The position numbers and the translations under genes were made by a program. A stretch of DNA of 63,881 bases, filler included, from Choristocarpus tenellus KU-1152 (Eukaryota; Protista; Phaeophyceae): assembly GCA_964200185.2 (NCBI GenBank). It is 14 parts of 14 records of this genome, joined end to end, with 100 filler letters (N's around TTAATTAATTAA, not from the genome) between each part and the next. Parts side by side here need not be neighbours in the genome. Positions count along the whole stretch, not along the records: positions 61,243 to 63,881 come from CAXNAD020026049.1; 13 more parts are not named here. One strand, 5' to 3'. A model generated the notes under the pieces. The model did not search any database and was not told where the DNA came from. It saw nothing but the letters and a program-made list of their open reading frames with translations. The stretch's first letter is position 1. Every line of letters begins with the position of its first letter. This document shows positions 62,330-63,881 of the stretch, in pieces.

Positions 62330-63641
62330 AGCATCCCCACCCTTTCTTCCTGTGTGTTCGCGCACCCACCCTTTGACCTTGGGAAGGATGTCCTCATCGA
62401 GGCCCAGAACGAAACGCCTCTCATAGCACCCTTGCTCCGACACCTTGATGTGGTCCTTAGTTAGGAAGTCTCTCTCCCATTTACTCACAGTTTCCGACCT
62501 GACCATCGCATATCCTCCTGCCATCTCGAGCGCAGTTTGACGGTCTTTCCCATCGTTCATACACAAGGTACAGGATTCGCAGTGTTAGAGTCTTTTACCA
62601 TGATATTTCCTCCTTGAGTGCCGGAAATGGGCGTCGTCCGTGTTTCCTTGGTGGGTGGTATTTTATCATCAAGGTGCAAGGGCGAGGGAGGACAGGCTTG
62701 AGTTGAAGAGTGAAAGTATCTTAGAGGGCATCAGTTTTGCCCCGTTTGTCCATTTGGGGCTTGACTTCTCATGAGTTCTTTAGTGACATTTTGCTACTCC
62801 AAAATGTTTAGGAGTAGGTAAATTGTTTGTGTTAGGAAAAAGTGTGTCAGGAACATGGATATTGACACTTCCTAACAAAAGCGATAGCCAAAATGATATC
62901 ATAATCGCAACATCCGACTTTGGTCCCCAAATGGACGTGACTCTACCCTCTAAGATACTTTGGCTCTGAACGAAAATTGTATTGATTTCTCGAATGAATG
63001 CAGGCTGGGAGAAATCCTTAATCAACTTTATACGTCCAACCCCAAGTCCAGGAACAATAGTGAATGTATGGCATCTTGCAAGAAGTGGGAGACACCAAAC
63101 CATTGGTGTGCAAATAGTCTCAATCTCACCTCCTCTTCTTCCCTAGCGTCCACGTCGATGTCTACCTCCACCTGCCTTGCGACCTCTTTGAAGTAAAGGA
63201 TTTGGTGGTAGCTAAAAATCCCCATAGCTGCCTTTGTTACGATCGCTTTCTCCTCCGCCTTGCAAGCCCTTTCAACCTTCTTTCGGGCTCAGAGCCTTTG
63301 TAGCCCAACCCTAACACCTTCTTCCTCGTTTCCTTAAGCCACTCCGACTCGCAAAGCTTCCAAACAGCCAGGGCCTGCTGCAACTGTCGACTACTAAGAT
63401 GTTCTACAACCGGGTTTTCGCTTAGGCGTTTCCTGAGCACAATGGCACGCAGTTGCGCTGCTCTCTTCCCCAACCTTCCCTTCGGCCGGCCACTCTGTTT
63501 CTTTCGCCCACTGTGACCAGGCTTCCTCACGGATTTCGTCACTGTACCACCTGGTGCTGGACTCGCCACTCTCTTCCTGTTTTCCCGAGGTGGCAGTTCT
63601 TGCAGAGCAGTTCTCCGATGTGTTGTTGAAGACCCAACCAC
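62330..63641 (-). pseudogene. Probable N-terminal (HTH) fragment of an IS630/Tc1-superfamily-like transposase
   Basis: SETVSKWERDFL...IKVSEQG.YER..VL..DEDILPKVKGWVREH..RKG resembles the W..F....QG.H...L.DE...WVRE...KG segment recalled from a eukaryotic DDE family. A basic N-terminal ORF lies at 63641-63237. No catalytic domain was seen. Confidence 0.5.
62708..62966 (+). mobile_element. MITE-A full copy
   Basis: GAGTGAAAGTATCTTAGAGGG...TACCCTCTAAGATACTTTGGCTC with 4-bp TSD TGAA. Confidence 0.93.
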
Positions 63642-63863
63642 GTTTGTGTGGTAATGCTTTCAATGCATCTTCTCTCAACGTCAGTGTCGTGACCGCATGG
63701 TTCATTTTGCGATTTGATTGTGCTGCTGCGCCACACTACTCACACTTTCTCATCACCTAACATCGCACTGAGTTTCACACGTTACCTGCTTTTCCGTCGC
63801 CTCTCGACAGAGAAGGTGCCGAGGGTAGATCCAAAGGGCAGAGAGACTTCGGCGGCTCTCCTT

Positions 63864-63881
63864 AGATCGGAAAGCACACGT
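63864..63881 (+). other. Untrimmed Illumina TruSeq adapter remnant
   Basis: AGATCGGAAAGCACACGT equals AGATCGGAAGAGCACACGT with one base missing, at the very end of the window. Confidence 0.85.

Larger units (their letters stand above)
61900..63863. repeat. 98-bp perfect inverted repeat pair (61900-61997 / 63766-63863)
   Basis: AAGGAGAGCCGCCGAAGTCTC...GTGTGAAACTCAGTG and its exact reverse complement. Confidence 0.9.

Overview
This window is not a contiguous locus. It is 14 short contigs (2.6-7.8 kb) joined by 13 identical 100-bp linkers (N44-TTAATTAATTAA-N44), and it ends in an Illumina adapter remnant. The DNA is eukaryotic, probably a photosynthetic stramenopile of brown-algal type. This taxonomy is inferred from intron-rich GT-AG genes, an ASAFAP-like plastid presequence, a CFAP57-like flagellar protein and interstitial TTAGGG repeats. 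Most ORFs in the six-frame track are spurious or are exon fragments. Host gene fragments reconstructed by hand: an EF-hand-pair protein (possibly an ion-channel tail), an ANF-receptor/PBP1 ligand-binding protein, a NIPA-type Mg2+ transporter, a CFAP57-like coiled coil and two unknown proteins. The rest is mobile DNA: (1) three related MITE families sharing a GRNYNAAAGTA terminus (about 21 copies); (2) a 9-exon Sola-like DDD transposase pseudogene interrupted by one of those MITEs and headed by a ~170-200 bp satellite; (3) a diverged 3-kb foldback palindrome; (4) Copia and chromovirus remnants; (5) a 77-bp minisatellite. Repeat copies show strong CpG-type decay. No CRISPR, rRNA or convincing tRNA was found. 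Coordinates were read by eye and family assignments come from remembered motifs, not database searches.
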